Source: an uncultured Clostridia bacterium
GTDB taxonomy: Bacteria > Bacillota > Clostridia > TANB77 > CAG-508
Length of the DNA stretch: 64,000 nucleotides
Direction: 5' to 3'
Assembly: GCA_934184665.1 (NCBI GenBank)
Contig: CAKPSX010000004.1
Coordinates: 728 to 64,727, forward strand
The notes under the pieces were generated by a model. The model worked only from the letters and a program-made list of their open reading frames with translations, had not been told where the DNA came from and searched no databases. Position 1 is the stretch's first letter, and each line of letters begins with the position of its first letter. A program made the position numbers and the translations under genes. Positions 35,797 through 46,356 of this stretch are shown here, piece by piece.

Positions 35797-36276
35797 ATGC
35801 AAGATAAAAATATAGGATTTACAATAGGAAAATTTGCACCATTGCATAAAGGACATCAGCTGTTAATAGAAACAGCTTTAAAAGAAATGGATGAAATGTA
35901 TGTAGTTATATATGATACTGATATTATAGATATTAATGTAAAACAAAGAGCTAATTGGATAAAACAACTATATCCAGATGTTCATATTATTTATGCATAT
36001 AATAGTCCAAAAAAATATGGACTTGATGATGAAAGTGTAAAAATTCAAATGGAATATTTATCGGAATTAATAAAGGATATTCCTGTAACATATTTCTATA
36101 GTAGCGAGTTATATGGAGAAAAAGTCGCAAATTATCTAAACATAAGAAACAGAATTGTTGATTTAGAGAGAAAACAGATTCCAATTAGCTCAACAATGGT
36201 AAGAAAGAATTATGAAGAAAATTCAAAATATATTGAGAATTTTATATATTCAGATTTAAATAAAAGAACAAAATAG
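35797..36276 (+). CDS. Cytidylyl/adenylyltransferase-fold protein, NadR-type NMN adenylyltransferase-like
   Basis: GFTIGKFAPLHKGHQLLIE, an HxGH nucleotidyltransferase motif, and a late ISSTMVR motif. Size is 159 aa. Confidence 0.65.
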   Translation: MQDKNIGFTIGKFAPLHKGHQLLIETALKEMDEMYVVIYDTDIIDINVKQRANWIKQLYPDVHIIYAYNSPKKYGLDDESVKIQMEYLSELIKDIPVTYFYSSELYGEKVANYLNIRNRIVDLERKQIPISSTMVRKNYEENSKYIENFIYSDLNKRTK

Positions 36277-36286
36277 AGGTGATAAA

Positions 36287-36853
36287 ATGTCAGAAATAAC
36301 AAAAAAGGCTTTGGCGGCATCATTAAAAAAATTACTTTCAAAAAATGAATTATCTAAAATAACAATTTCAAATATTACAAATGACTGTGGTGTAAATAGA
36401 CAAACTTTTTATTATCATTTTAAAGATGTATATGATTTATTGGAGTGGATATATTTAAACGAAGTAATTCAATCAATGGATGAAAAAGATATATATAATA
36501 CATGGCAACAGGGACTTTTGTCTATTTTTGAATATATATTAGATAATAAAGAATTCGTAAAAAATACATATAATTCTGTTAGTAGAGAGTTCTTTTTAAG
36601 ATTTATATATAAGCAAACAGCAGGCTTATTAATGAATATAATAGAAGAAAAATCAAAGAAACTAAAAGTTAAAGAAGAAGATAAAAAGTTTATAGCAAAT
36701 TTCTATAAATATGGATTTGTTGGGATAGTCCAAGATTGGATTGAAAATGGAATGAAAGAAAATCCTAATGATATAATTGAAAAATTAAATAGTGTAATAG
36801 ATGGTAGTTTTGAAAATGCATTAGAAAATTTAGACAAAACATATAAAATGTAA
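36287..36853 (+). CDS. TetR/AcrR-family transcriptional regulator (DhaS-like subgroup)
   Basis: N-terminal HTH: ITISNITNDCGVNRQTFYYHFKDVYDLLEW. Confidence 0.85.
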   Translation: MSEITKKALAASLKKLLSKNELSKITISNITNDCGVNRQTFYYHFKDVYDLLEWIYLNEVIQSMDEKDIYNTWQQGLLSIFEYILDNKEFVKNTYNSVSREFFLRFIYKQTAGLLMNIIEEKSKKLKVKEEDKKFIANFYKYGFVGIVQDWIENGMKENPNDIIEKLNSVIDGSFENALENLDKTYKM

Positions 36854-36944
36854 AAAAATTATACATATATTTTTCTTTGTTTATTGCCAAATTTTTAATA
36901 TTATTTTTATAATATATCATAATAATAACGAAGGAGGAAATATT

Positions 36945-38720
36945 ATGTATTATAGTAGTGGAAATTATGAAGCTTTTGCAAGACCTAAAAAGCCAAAAGA
37001 TGTAGATAAAAAGTCTGCATATATTGTGGGCTCTGGACTAGCGGCATTAGCAGCAGCATGCTTTTTAGTTCGTGACGGACAAATGAAAGGTGAAAGAGTT
37101 CACATTTTAGAAAAAGAACCAATTCCTGGAGGAGCTTGTGATGGATATTTATATGATGGGTTAGGATATGTAATGCGTGGAGGTAGAGAAATGGATAACC
37201 ACTTTGAATGTATGTGGGATTTATTCCGTTCTATACCATCAATAGAGACAGAAGGAGTAAGTGTATTAGATGAATATTATTGGTTAAATAAGGAAGATCC
37301 AAACTATTCATTAATGAGAGCTACAATAAACAGAGGTGAAGATGCTCATACAGATAAAAAGTTTGAACTATCAGATAAAGGCGCAATGGAAATAATGAAA
37401 TTGTTTTTTACACCAGATGAAAAATTGTATGATAAAAAAATTACAGATTACTTTGATGATGAAGTTTTAAATTCAAATTTTTGGTTGTACTGGCGCACAA
37501 TGTTTGCATTTGAAAATTGGCACAGTGCATTAGAAATGAAATTATATATAAAACGTTTTATACACCATGTTGGAGGATTACCAGACTTTACAGCGCTAAG
37601 ATTTACAAAGTATAATCAATATGAATCAATGATACTTCCAATGGTGAAATATCTTGAAAGTTTTGGAGTTCAATTCCATTATGGAGTAAAAGTTGAAAAT
37701 ATTGAATTTGAAATTAAAGATGATAAAAAACTAGCCAAAAGAATAGTTATTCTTCGTGATGGAACAGAAGATCATATTGATTTATTAGAAGATGACTTAG
37801 TATTTATAACAAATGGAGGGTGTGTTGAAAATTCTTCATTAGGTAGTCAAAATGAGCCTGCACCATTTAATACAGAAATTAAACCAGGTGGAGGATGGGA
37901 TATGTGGCGTAAAATTGCTGTACAAGATTCAGCTTTTGGAAATCCAGATAAATTCTGTTACGACCCAGAACAAAGCAATTGGATGAGTGCAACAGTAACA
38001 ACTTTAGATAATCGTATTCCACCATATGTTCAAAAAATTTGTAAAAGAGATCCATTTACAGGAAAAGTTGTAACAGGGGGAATAGTTACAGTTAAAGATT
38101 CTAACTGGCTATTAAGTTGGACATTTAATAGACAACCTCAATTTAGAAGTCAACCAAAAGGCCAATTAGTAGGATGGATTTATGGGCTATTTAGTGATAA
38201 ACCTGGAAATTATGTAAAAAAGGCAATGAGAGATTGTACGGGTAAAGAAATATGTATGGAATGGCTATATCATTTAGGAGTGCCAGAAAATCAAATTGAA
38301 GAGATGGCAGAAAATAGTGCAAATACAATTCCTTGTATGATGCCATATATTACAGCATTCTTTATGCCAAGAGCAGCAGGAGATAGACCATTAGTAGTTC
38401 CAGAAGGAAGTAAAAACTTTGCCTTTTTAGGTCAGTTTGCTGAAACAAAAAGAGATACAATATTTACAACAGAGTACTCAATCCGTACTGCAATGGAAGC
38501 GGTTTATACATTATTAGATATAGATCGTGGCGTACCAGAAGTTTGGGGTAGTGTGTATGACATTAGAGATTTATTAAATGCGACGGTTCAACTACAAGAT
38601 GGAAAAAAGATTACAGACATGAACTTAGGATTAAAAGAGAAAATTGCACTAAAAGAAGTTATTAAAAAGATTGAAGGAACTGATATAGAAAAACTTTTAA
38701 AAGAGCATAATGTAATTTAA
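36945..38720 (+). CDS. ohyA: Oleate hydratase (MCRA family, FAD-dependent)
   Basis: MYYSSGNYEAFARPKKP, AYIVGSGLAALAAACFLVRDG and RGGREM motifs. Size is 591 aa. Confidence 0.9.
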   Translation: MYYSSGNYEAFARPKKPKDVDKKSAYIVGSGLAALAAACFLVRDGQMKGERVHILEKEPIPGGACDGYLYDGLGYVMRGGREMDNHFECMWDLFRSIPSIETEGVSVLDEYYWLNKEDPNYSLMRATINRGEDAHTDKKFELSDKGAMEIMKLFFTPDEKLYDKKITDYFDDEVLNSNFWLYWRTMFAFENWHSALEMKLYIKRFIHHVGGLPDFTALRFTKYNQYESMILPMVKYLESFGVQFHYGVKVENIEFEIKDDKKLAKRIVILRDGTEDHIDLLEDDLVFITNGGCVENSSLGSQNEPAPFNTEIKPGGGWDMWRKIAVQDSAFGNPDKFCYDPEQSNWMSATVTTLDNRIPPYVQKICKRDPFTGKVVTGGIVTVKDSNWLLSWTFNRQPQFRSQPKGQLVGWIYGLFSDKPGNYVKKAMRDCTGKEICMEWLYHLGVPENQIEEMAENSANTIPCMMPYITAFFMPRAAGDRPLVVPEGSKNFAFLGQFAETKRDTIFTTEYSIRTAMEAVYTLLDIDRGVPEVWGSVYDIRDLLNATVQLQDGKKITDMNLGLKEKIALKEVIKKIEGTDIEKLLKEHNVI

Positions 38721-38748
38721 TTGAATAAAAAGAAATATGACAAAAAAG

Positions 38749-38789
38749 TCAAAATTAATGGTATTGAATTTCTTTACCATTAATTTTGA
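38749..38789. terminator. 14-bp perfect hairpin after ohyA
   Basis: tcaaaattaatggt-N13-accattaattttga, with an A-run before it and a weak T-run after it. Confidence 0.45.
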
Positions 38790-38893
38790 TATGATAGTTT
38801 AAAAATATAAATTAAAAGTATTTGAATTAAAAATAATAAGTAATAATAATTATAGTGAGTTCATAATAATAAAATAAAAAAGGAGAAGTAAAA

Positions 38894-40249
38894 ATGGGAA
38901 CAATAAAAAACAAAGCAATTGAAATAGCAATTAAACAAGGGTTTAATAAAGTAAAAGAGAACCCTGACGAAAATTTACCTAAAATGGTGGACATCGTCAA
39001 AAAATTCGATAAAGATGATATGTGGGCTAAACAATATGATTTTATGGATAAAGTGACAAAAGATGAAAATAATAATTGGAACCAATATATTAAAAATATA
39101 TTGCAAGATGTTGATGATGATATAATAGAAAAATTTTTATGTAATTTTATTATAAATTCGGCCATAAATGGAATATCAAAAAATCATGAAATAAAAGAAA
39201 AAGAAAAATGTGGTGCTCCATGGGCGATAGTTATGGATCCTACTACAGCTTGCAATATGAAATGTACAGGTTGTTGGGCAGCTGATTATGGTAAGAGTTT
39301 AAACTTAGGTTATGATTTAATGGACAAAATTGTAACAGAAGGAAAAGAAATTGGTTGCTATTGGTATCTATTTACTGGAGGAGAACCATTAGTAAAAAAA
39401 GATGAGATATTAAAATTATGCCAAAAACACAATGATTGTATATTTGTAGCATTTACAAATGCTACTTTAATAGATGAAGATTTTGTGAAAAAAGTAAAAG
39501 AAGTTGGAAATTTATCTTTTTCTATAAGTGTTGAAGGAACAGAAGAAACAACAGATTCTAGAAGAGGAAAAGGTGCTTATCAAAAAGTAATGAAAGCAAT
39601 GGATTTATTAAAAGAAAATAAAATTTTATTTGGATTTTCAACCTGTGCTACTTCATTAAATGCGGAATATATAATGAGTGAAAAATATTTTGATAAAATG
39701 ATAGAAAAAGGATGTAAATATGGTTGGTTCTTTAATTATATGCCAGTAGGATGTGGAGCTGATACAAAACTTTTAACAACACCAGAACAGAGAGAAGAAA
39801 TGTATTATAAATTGGCTGAATATAGAAAAACAAAGCCAATCTTCACAGTTGATTTTTGGAATGATGGAAGATTTGTTGGTGGTTGTATTGCAGGTGGAAA
39901 ACACTACATGCATATTAATGCAAATGGAGACGTAGAACCATGTGTATTTATTCACTATTCAAATGCAAATATTAAGGATATGAGTTTATTAGAAACATTG
40001 AAACAACCTATATTCAAAGAATATCAAAAGAATCAACCATTCAGTGATAATCTATTAAGACCATGTCCATTATTAGATAATGAAGGGAAATTAGCAGAAA
40101 TGGTATGTAGATGTGGTGCACATTCAACAGATTTAGCTCATCCTGAAAATGTAAATGATTTATGTAGCAAATGTCATGAGATATCAGGAGATTGGAAAGT
40201 TACAGCTGATAAATTATGGGAAGCAGAAGGACATGAGGTTCAGAAATAA
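38894..40249 (+). CDS. Radical SAM protein (451 aa), function unknown
   Basis: CNMKCTGCWA (CxxxCxxC) and GGEPL. The C-terminal Cys-rich region (GGCIAGG...GDVEPCVF, RPCPLLD, CRCGAH, CSKCH) suggests auxiliary clusters. Confidence 0.8.
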   Translation: MGTIKNKAIEIAIKQGFNKVKENPDENLPKMVDIVKKFDKDDMWAKQYDFMDKVTKDENNNWNQYIKNILQDVDDDIIEKFLCNFIINSAINGISKNHEIKEKEKCGAPWAIVMDPTTACNMKCTGCWAADYGKSLNLGYDLMDKIVTEGKEIGCYWYLFTGGEPLVKKDEILKLCQKHNDCIFVAFTNATLIDEDFVKKVKEVGNLSFSISVEGTEETTDSRRGKGAYQKVMKAMDLLKENKILFGFSTCATSLNAEYIMSEKYFDKMIEKGCKYGWFFNYMPVGCGADTKLLTTPEQREEMYYKLAEYRKTKPIFTVDFWNDGRFVGGCIAGGKHYMHINANGDVEPCVFIHYSNANIKDMSLLETLKQPIFKEYQKNQPFSDNLLRPCPLLDNEGKLAEMVCRCGAHSTDLAHPENVNDLCSKCHEISGDWKVTADKLWEAEGHEVQK

Positions 40250-40288
40250 AAATTAAAAGTTGATATTCCCCAAATGATAGATAGATAC

Positions 40289-40317
40289 TTGACAATTCTA
40301 CCAATTGGAAGTATACT
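40289..40317 (+). promoter_or_regulatory. Promoter of aspS
   Basis: TTGACA, a 17-nt spacer, then TATACT. Confidence 0.55.
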
Positions 40318-40358
40318 AAAAGAGCTAAAAAAGAGAAAAAAGCAATGGAGGAATTGAT

Positions 40359-42107
40359 ATGTATAGAACACATAATTTGGGAGAATTAAACATAAAAAAT
40401 GTCGGAGAAAAAGTAGAACTATCAGGATGGATACAAAAAATCCGTAATTTAGGTGGAATGATTTTTATAGACTTAAGAGACGAATTCGGAATAACACAAA
40501 TAGTAATAAATGAAGAAACTCTACAAGAACAAGCAAAAGAGTTCACAACAGAAAGTTGTATCCACATATATGGAGAAGTTGTGGAAAGAAGTAGCAAAAA
40601 TCCTAAAATGGCAACAGGAGAAATAGAAGTCGTAGCAAATAAATTAGAAATATTAGGCAAATGTAAAAATGTGTTACCATTTGAGATAAATACAGACCAA
40701 GATGTTAGAGAAGACTTAAGATTAGAATATAGATTTCTAGACTTAAGAAATAAAAAGTTACATGATTCAATTTTGCTACGTTCAAAAGTATTAAAAACTT
40801 TAAGAGATAAAATGGATGAACTTGGATTTACAGAAATACAAACACCAATACTTGCAAACTCATCACCAGAAGGAGCAAGAGACTATTTAGTACCAAGTAG
40901 ATTAAATCCAGGAGAATTTTACGCACTACCACAAGCACCACAACAATTCAAACAATTATTGATGGTAAGTGGATTTAATAAATATTTTCAAATAGCACCA
41001 TGTTTCAGAGATGAAGACCCTAGAGCTGATAGAGCACCAGGAGAATTTTATCAATTAGATTTTGAAATGAGTTTTGCAACACAAAATGATGTTTTAAGTG
41101 TAATGGAACAAGTTGTAACACATACATTCAAAAAACATACAACCTGGAAAGTAGATGAAGGTCCATTTGTGCGTATTCCATATAAAGAAGCAATGGAAAA
41201 ATACGGCATAGATAAACCAGATTTAAGAAATCCACTAATAATACAAGATGTAACAGATGTATTTAAAAATGTAGAATTTAATGCATTTAAAGATAAAACA
41301 GTAAAAGCAATAGTAGTACCAAATGGTGCAGAACAAGGAAGAAAATTCTTTGATAAAATGACAGAGTTTGCTACAACAGATGAAGTTGGAGCCAAAGGTT
41401 TAGCATGGACTAAGTTTGAAAAAGACGGAACAGTTCAAGGTGGAATAGCTAAATTTATAACAGAAGAAGCAAAAGAAAAACTTGAAAATGAATTTGGAGT
41501 AAAAGCAGGAGATAGCATATTCTTTATAGCAGATGAATTCCACAAAGCACAGAAAATTGCAGGTCTTGTGAGAATAGAACTTGGTAAAAAACTTGATTTA
41601 TTAGAAAAAGATACATATAGATTCTGCTTTATTGTAGATTTTCCAATGTATGAACTATCAGATGAAGGAACAATAGATTTCTGTCACAATCCATTTTCAA
41701 TGCCACAAGGTGGATTAGAAGCACTAGAGACAAAAAATCCACTAGATGTATTAGCATATCAATTTGATATGGTATGCAATGGATATGAAACTGCATCAGG
41801 AGCGGTAAGAAATCATAATCCAGAAACAATGGTAAAAGCATTTGAAATAGCAGGTTATACAGAAGAAGATGTAAAAACAAGGTTTGGAGCATTATATAAT
41901 GCATTCCAATATGGAACTCCACCACATGCAGGTGCAGCACCTGGTATAGATAGATTAATAATGCTAATAGCTGATTCAACAAATATCAGAGAAGTTATAG
42001 CATTCCCTAAAAATAAAAGAGCAAGAGACTTATTAATGAGAGCACCATCAAAAGTTACAAAACAACAATTAGATGAAGTACATATACAATTAAAAGAAGA
42101 AGAGTAG
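40359..42107 (+). CDS. aspS: Aspartate--tRNA ligase
   Basis: Class II motifs (FRDEDPRADR, GYETASGAVRNH, GAAPGIDRL) and an N-terminal OB anticodon-binding domain. Confidence 0.95.
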   Translation: MYRTHNLGELNIKNVGEKVELSGWIQKIRNLGGMIFIDLRDEFGITQIVINEETLQEQAKEFTTESCIHIYGEVVERSSKNPKMATGEIEVVANKLEILGKCKNVLPFEINTDQDVREDLRLEYRFLDLRNKKLHDSILLRSKVLKTLRDKMDELGFTEIQTPILANSSPEGARDYLVPSRLNPGEFYALPQAPQQFKQLLMVSGFNKYFQIAPCFRDEDPRADRAPGEFYQLDFEMSFATQNDVLSVMEQVVTHTFKKHTTWKVDEGPFVRIPYKEAMEKYGIDKPDLRNPLIIQDVTDVFKNVEFNAFKDKTVKAIVVPNGAEQGRKFFDKMTEFATTDEVGAKGLAWTKFEKDGTVQGGIAKFITEEAKEKLENEFGVKAGDSIFFIADEFHKAQKIAGLVRIELGKKLDLLEKDTYRFCFIVDFPMYELSDEGTIDFCHNPFSMPQGGLEALETKNPLDVLAYQFDMVCNGYETASGAVRNHNPETMVKAFEIAGYTEEDVKTRFGALYNAFQYGTPPHAGAAPGIDRLIMLIADSTNIREVIAFPKNKRARDLLMRAPSKVTKQQLDEVHIQLKEEE

Positions 42108-42126
42108 ACATAAATGTAAAAATTGC

Positions 42127-42155
42127 TTTACAAAAAAATTAAATGATGCTATAAT
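42127..42155 (+). promoter_or_regulatory. Promoter of the pheST leader
   Basis: TTTACA, a 17-nt spacer, then TATAAT. Confidence 0.55.
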
Positions 42156-42161
42156 AATTAA

Positions 42162-42422
42162 TGTCAAAAGCCGAAGAGAAAGCAAAGTAAATATATCACA
42201 AAAGTATTACAGAGAAGATGACAAAGCTGAGAGTCATTTATACAAGATATATTGAAATTTCACTTTAGAGGTCTTACTTTGAATAATAGTAGAAGTAAGC
42301 GGTTGAACCGTTAAAACTATAATGAGGTTAATAAAATGCTTGGAAAAAGCATAATTAATAAAATTAGGTGGTACCACGAAAGAGCCATTCGTCCTAAGTG
42401 CAGGATGATTGGCTCTTTTTAC
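42162..42422 (+). promoter_or_regulatory. T-box leader (Phe specifier) controlling pheS-pheT
   Basis: AGAGA/GCTGAGAG stem-I elements. Candidate specifier UUC-A at about 42259. Conserved T-box AAATTAGGTGGTACCACG at 42361. Terminator aagagcca...tggctcttttt at 42380-42420. Confidence 0.85.
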
Positions 42423-42446
42423 ATAACATAGTAAGGAGGAATTAAG

Positions 42447-43496
42447 ATGCAAGAAAAGATTGAAGAAATCAAAAAAAGTGCAGAAGAAAGAATACAAGAA
42501 ATAAAAAATTCACAAGAATTACAAGAACTTAAAGTAAAATTCTTAGGCAAAAAAAGTGAATTATCAGGTTTACTAAAAGGATTAGGAAATTTGACAGCTG
42601 AAGAAAGACCAAAAGTAGGAGCATTAGTAAATAAAGCTAGAACAGAAATTGAAGAAAAAATAGCAATTGCAGAAGAGGCAATAAGAGAAAATATGTTAGC
42701 AGAACAAATAGAAAATGAAACAATAGATATAACATTACCAGGAACTAAAATAAAAAGAGGAAGCAAACACCCAGTAAACAGAGTAATTGAAGAAATTGAA
42801 GATTTATTTGTATCAATGGGATATGATGTAGTTGCAGGTCCAGAGTTAGAAACAGACGAATTCTGCTTTGAAAGATTAAACCTTCCAAAAGGCCATCCAG
42901 CAAGAGATATGCAAGATAGTTTTTATATAACAAAAGAACATTTACTAAGAACGCAAACATCAGCAGTTCAAGCAAGAACAATGCTAGCAAACACAGAAAA
43001 AACACCAATAAGAATGATATGTGCAGGAAAAACATATAGAAGAGAAGATGATGCAACACATTCACATCAATTTGGTCAAGTAGAGGGGCTAGTAATAGAT
43101 AAAAAAGAAAGAAATGTATCATTAGCAGATTTAAAAGGCACACTTGAAATATTTGTGAAAAAACTAACAGGAAAAAATAGTGAATTAAGATTTAGACCAA
43201 GTTACTTCCCATTTACAGAACCATCATATGAAGTTGATGTTAGTTGTTTTAAATGCGGTGGAAAAGGCTGTAACCTTTGTAAACAAACAGGCTGGATAGA
43301 AATACTAGGAGCAGGAATTGTGCATCCACATGTATTAGAAATGAATGGATATAATCCAGAAGAATATGGAGGCTTTGCATTTGGAACAGGACTAGAAAGA
43401 TTAGCAATGTTTAAATATGCAATACCAGATATGAGATATTTGTATGCAAATGATATTAGATTTTTAACACAATTCGATAGAAAAGATGAAGAATAA
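42447..43496 (+). CDS. pheS: Phenylalanine--tRNA ligase alpha subunit
   Basis: [23 protein letters not shown] and GAGIVHP motifs. Confidence 0.95.
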   Translation: MQEKIEEIKKSAEERIQEIKNSQELQELKVKFLGKKSELSGLLKGLGNLTAEERPKVGALVNKARTEIEEKIAIAEEAIRENMLAEQIENETIDITLPGTKIKRGSKHPVNRVIEEIEDLFVSMGYDVVAGPELETDEFCFERLNLPKGHPARDMQDSFYITKEHLLRTQTSAVQARTMLANTEKTPIRMICAGKTYRREDDATHSHQFGQVEGLVIDKKERNVSLADLKGTLEIFVKKLTGKNSELRFRPSYFPFTEPSYEVDVSCFKCGGKGCNLCKQTGWIEILGAGIVHPHVLEMNGYNPEEYGGFAFGTGLERLAMFKYAIPDMRYLYANDIRFLTQFDRKDEE

Positions 43497-43522
43497 GTTT
43501 ACAAAAATGAGGAGGATATAAA

Positions 43523-45886
43523 ATGAAGCTAAGTAAAAACTTTGTAAAAGACTATGTTGATATAGATGTTGATGTAAAACAATTAGCTGAAGATATGACA
43601 AGAGTAGGAAATGAATATGATTCGGCTGAAAAATTAATAAATGCAACAAAACTAGTAATAGGAGAAATAATTGAATGTGTAGATCACCCAGATTCAGACC
43701 ATTTACATCTTTGTAAAGTAAATATTGGAACAGAAATATTAAATATTGTATGTGGTGCACCAAATGCAAGAAAAGGTTTAAAAGTTATAGTTGCACAAGA
43801 TGGAGCAAAATTGCCAGAAACAACAATAAAAAGAGGTGTTATAAGAGGTCAAGAATCAAATGGTATGTTATGTTCACTAGAAGAGATTGGAGTGGAAAAT
43901 AAATTCTTAACTCAAAAAGATAAAGAAGGAATTGCAGAATTAGGAGAAGATGCAATCCCAGGAGAAGATCCTATTAAATATCTTGGACTTGATGATGAAG
44001 TTATAGATTTTGAATTAACAGCAAATAGAGGAGATTTATTAAGTATATTAGGAATGGCATATGAAATAGGTGCAATTTATGATAAACCAGTAAAAACTGT
44101 TGATATAAGCCATAAAGAAGATGGAGAAGATATAAATAAAACATTTACAGCAGAAGTAAAAACAGATAATTGTAAAAAGTTATTAATAAAAAGAGTAGAA
44201 AACCTAACAATAAAAGAAAGTCCAGCATTTATAAAAAATAGATTAATGGCATCTGGAATAAGACCAATAAATAATGTTGTAGATATAAGTAATTATGTAA
44301 TGCTAGAACTAGGTCAACCATTACACTTCTATGATGCAGATAGACTTGGAAATAAGCTAGTAGTTAGAATGGCAGAAGATGGAGAAAAACTAACAACACT
44401 TGATAACATAGAAAGAACACTAAGTTCAGATGATATAGTTATAGCAGATAGTACACATGGTGTAGGACTTGCAGGAGTTATGGGTGGACTTGAAACAGAG
44501 GTAGAAAATGATACAAAGAACATTATAATAGAATCAGCAATATTTGATTCTGTAAAAGTAAGACTAACTGCTAAGAAAATACTTAGAAGTGAAGCAAGTA
44601 ATAGATTTGAAAAAGGAATTGATCCAGCTAGAACAACAATGGCAATAGAAAGAGCATGTAAACTATTAGAACAATATGCAGATGGAAAAGTAATAACAGG
44701 AACAGTTGAGTACGACAAAACAAACAGCCAAGAAAAAAATATTGAAATAGAATTTAAGAACATAAATGAAGTATTAGGAACAATAATTCCAAATGAAGAA
44801 ATATTAAATGTATTTAGAAAACTAGGTTTTGAATACACAGTAAATGGAGAAAAAGTAAAAGTAAAAGTTCCAACAAGAAGATTAGATATATCAATAAAAG
44901 AAGACTTAATAGAAGAAGTTAGTCGTATATATGGAGTTGATAATATTCAAGGGAAATTACCAGTAGTTCCAATGAGAAAAGGTAGCTATGATAAAACTCA
45001 AAGAGAAATAAGAAATAAAATGATAGCATTAGGCTTAAATGAAACATTATCATATGTATTAATAAATGACAAAGAAGTAAAACAATATACTTTAGATGAT
45101 TTTGAACCTTTAAAATTATTAGATCCAATAACAGAAGACAGAAATACTTTAAGATATAGTATGATACCATCACTATACAAAATTTATGAATACAATAATG
45201 CACGTAACCAAAAAGATATATCTATATTTGAAATAGGAAAAGGCTTTCACAAAAAAGGCGAAGAATATGGAGAAGATACAAAGTTATGTGCTGTAATGAC
45301 AGGTAAATATTCACTAGGATTAAATAATACAAAAAATGTTGATTTCTATACAATAAAAGGAATTGCAGAAGAAATGCTTGATTATCTTGGGTATGCTGGA
45401 AGATATAGTTTTATGAAAAAAGAATTTCCTAAAGAAATGCATCCAGGACAAAGTGCTTATATAAATGTAAATGGTACAGATATTGGTTTAATTGGAAAAG
45501 TTCATCCAAGTATTACAAATGAGGATGTTTATGTATTAGAAATTAATTTAGATGAATTGCTACAAAAAAAGGTTGGAAAGATGAAATATAAAGAAATATC
45601 AAAATTTCCGGGAATAAAAAAAGATTTAGCATTTGTAGTTGATAAAAATGTAATATCAAAAGATATTGAAAAAGCAATAAAATCAGCAGGAGGAAGTTTA
45701 CTTACAAATATTGAAGTATTTGATGTATATACAGGAATCAATATTGGAATAGATAAAAAATCAATTGCATATTCATTAACATTTGAAGATATGAAAAAAA
45801 CATTAACAGATGATGAAATAAATAATATAATAAACAAAATTATTGAAACAGTTTCAAAAAAATGTGGTGCAGAAATAAGAAAATAG
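43523..45886 (+). CDS. pheT: Phenylalanine--tRNA ligase beta subunit
   Basis: 787 aa with tRNA-binding, B3/4, B5 and FDX-ACB domain order. It lies immediately after pheS. Confidence 0.95.
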   Translation: MKLSKNFVKDYVDIDVDVKQLAEDMTRVGNEYDSAEKLINATKLVIGEIIECVDHPDSDHLHLCKVNIGTEILNIVCGAPNARKGLKVIVAQDGAKLPETTIKRGVIRGQESNGMLCSLEEIGVENKFLTQKDKEGIAELGEDAIPGEDPIKYLGLDDEVIDFELTANRGDLLSILGMAYEIGAIYDKPVKTVDISHKEDGEDINKTFTAEVKTDNCKKLLIKRVENLTIKESPAFIKNRLMASGIRPINNVVDISNYVMLELGQPLHFYDADRLGNKLVVRMAEDGEKLTTLDNIERTLSSDDIVIADSTHGVGLAGVMGGLETEVENDTKNIIIESAIFDSVKVRLTAKKILRSEASNRFEKGIDPARTTMAIERACKLLEQYADGKVITGTVEYDKTNSQEKNIEIEFKNINEVLGTIIPNEEILNVFRKLGFEYTVNGEKVKVKVPTRRLDISIKEDLIEEVSRIYGVDNIQGKLPVVPMRKGSYDKTQREIRNKMIALGLNETLSYVLINDKEVKQYTLDDFEPLKLLDPITEDRNTLRYSMIPSLYKIYEYNNARNQKDISIFEIGKGFHKKGEEYGEDTKLCAVMTGKYSLGLNNTKNVDFYTIKGIAEEMLDYLGYAGRYSFMKKEFPKEMHPGQSAYINVNGTDIGLIGKVHPSITNEDVYVLEINLDELLQKKVGKMKYKEISKFPGIKKDLAFVVDKNVISKDIEKAIKSAGGSLLTNIEVFDVYTGINIGIDKKSIAYSLTFEDMKKTLTDDEINNIINKIIETVSKKCGAEIRK

Positions 45887-45988
45887 CACAAAACACTTGA
45901 CAAAAACTCAAAAATGGTGTAAAGTATATAAGCATTACAGTGTTAAACATAAAATTAACACTATCCACTTAAGAAAGAAGGTAGTAGT

Positions 45989-46336
45989 ATGGAAAAGAAA
46001 GTAGAAATAAGCATGTTATGGCAAATCTACGGAAAAATGCTTACAGAAAAACAAAGCGAATATATCGATTACTACTACAACAAAGACTTATCTTTATCAG
46101 AAATTGCAGAAAACAATGAGATAACAAGACAAGCCGTGAGAGATATCATCAAAAAGGGGGAAAGAAAACTTTTCGAGTTTGAAGAAAAGCTATTGTTTAT
46201 GAAAAAGACAATTAATCAAGAAAAACAAATCCAACATATACTTTTCAATTTAAATAAAATACAAAAAGACTCGTCAGACAAAAAAGTTGAAAGCATATTA
46301 GAAGAAGTGAGAAAAGAATTAAATTGTTTAGTATAA
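45989..46336 (+). CDS. ylxM: YlxM/p13-like putative HTH protein (UPF0122)
   Basis: LTEKQSEYIDYYYNKDLSLSEIAENNEITRQAVRDIIKK. It occupies the conserved position upstream of ffh. Confidence 0.8.
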   Translation: MEKKVEISMLWQIYGKMLTEKQSEYIDYYYNKDLSLSEIAENNEITRQAVRDIIKKGERKLFEFEEKLLFMKKTINQEKQIQHILFNLNKIQKDSSDKKVESILEEVRKELNCLV

Positions 46337-46356
46337 ACAAAAGAGAGGAGAAAAAC

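Noticed and set aside
40250-40358. Looked for T-box leaders upstream of aspS, and upstream of leuS (57989-58239).
   Set aside because: The leaders are too short or lack the conserved GGTGGTACC T-box sequence and terminator/antiterminator. Only pheST has one.
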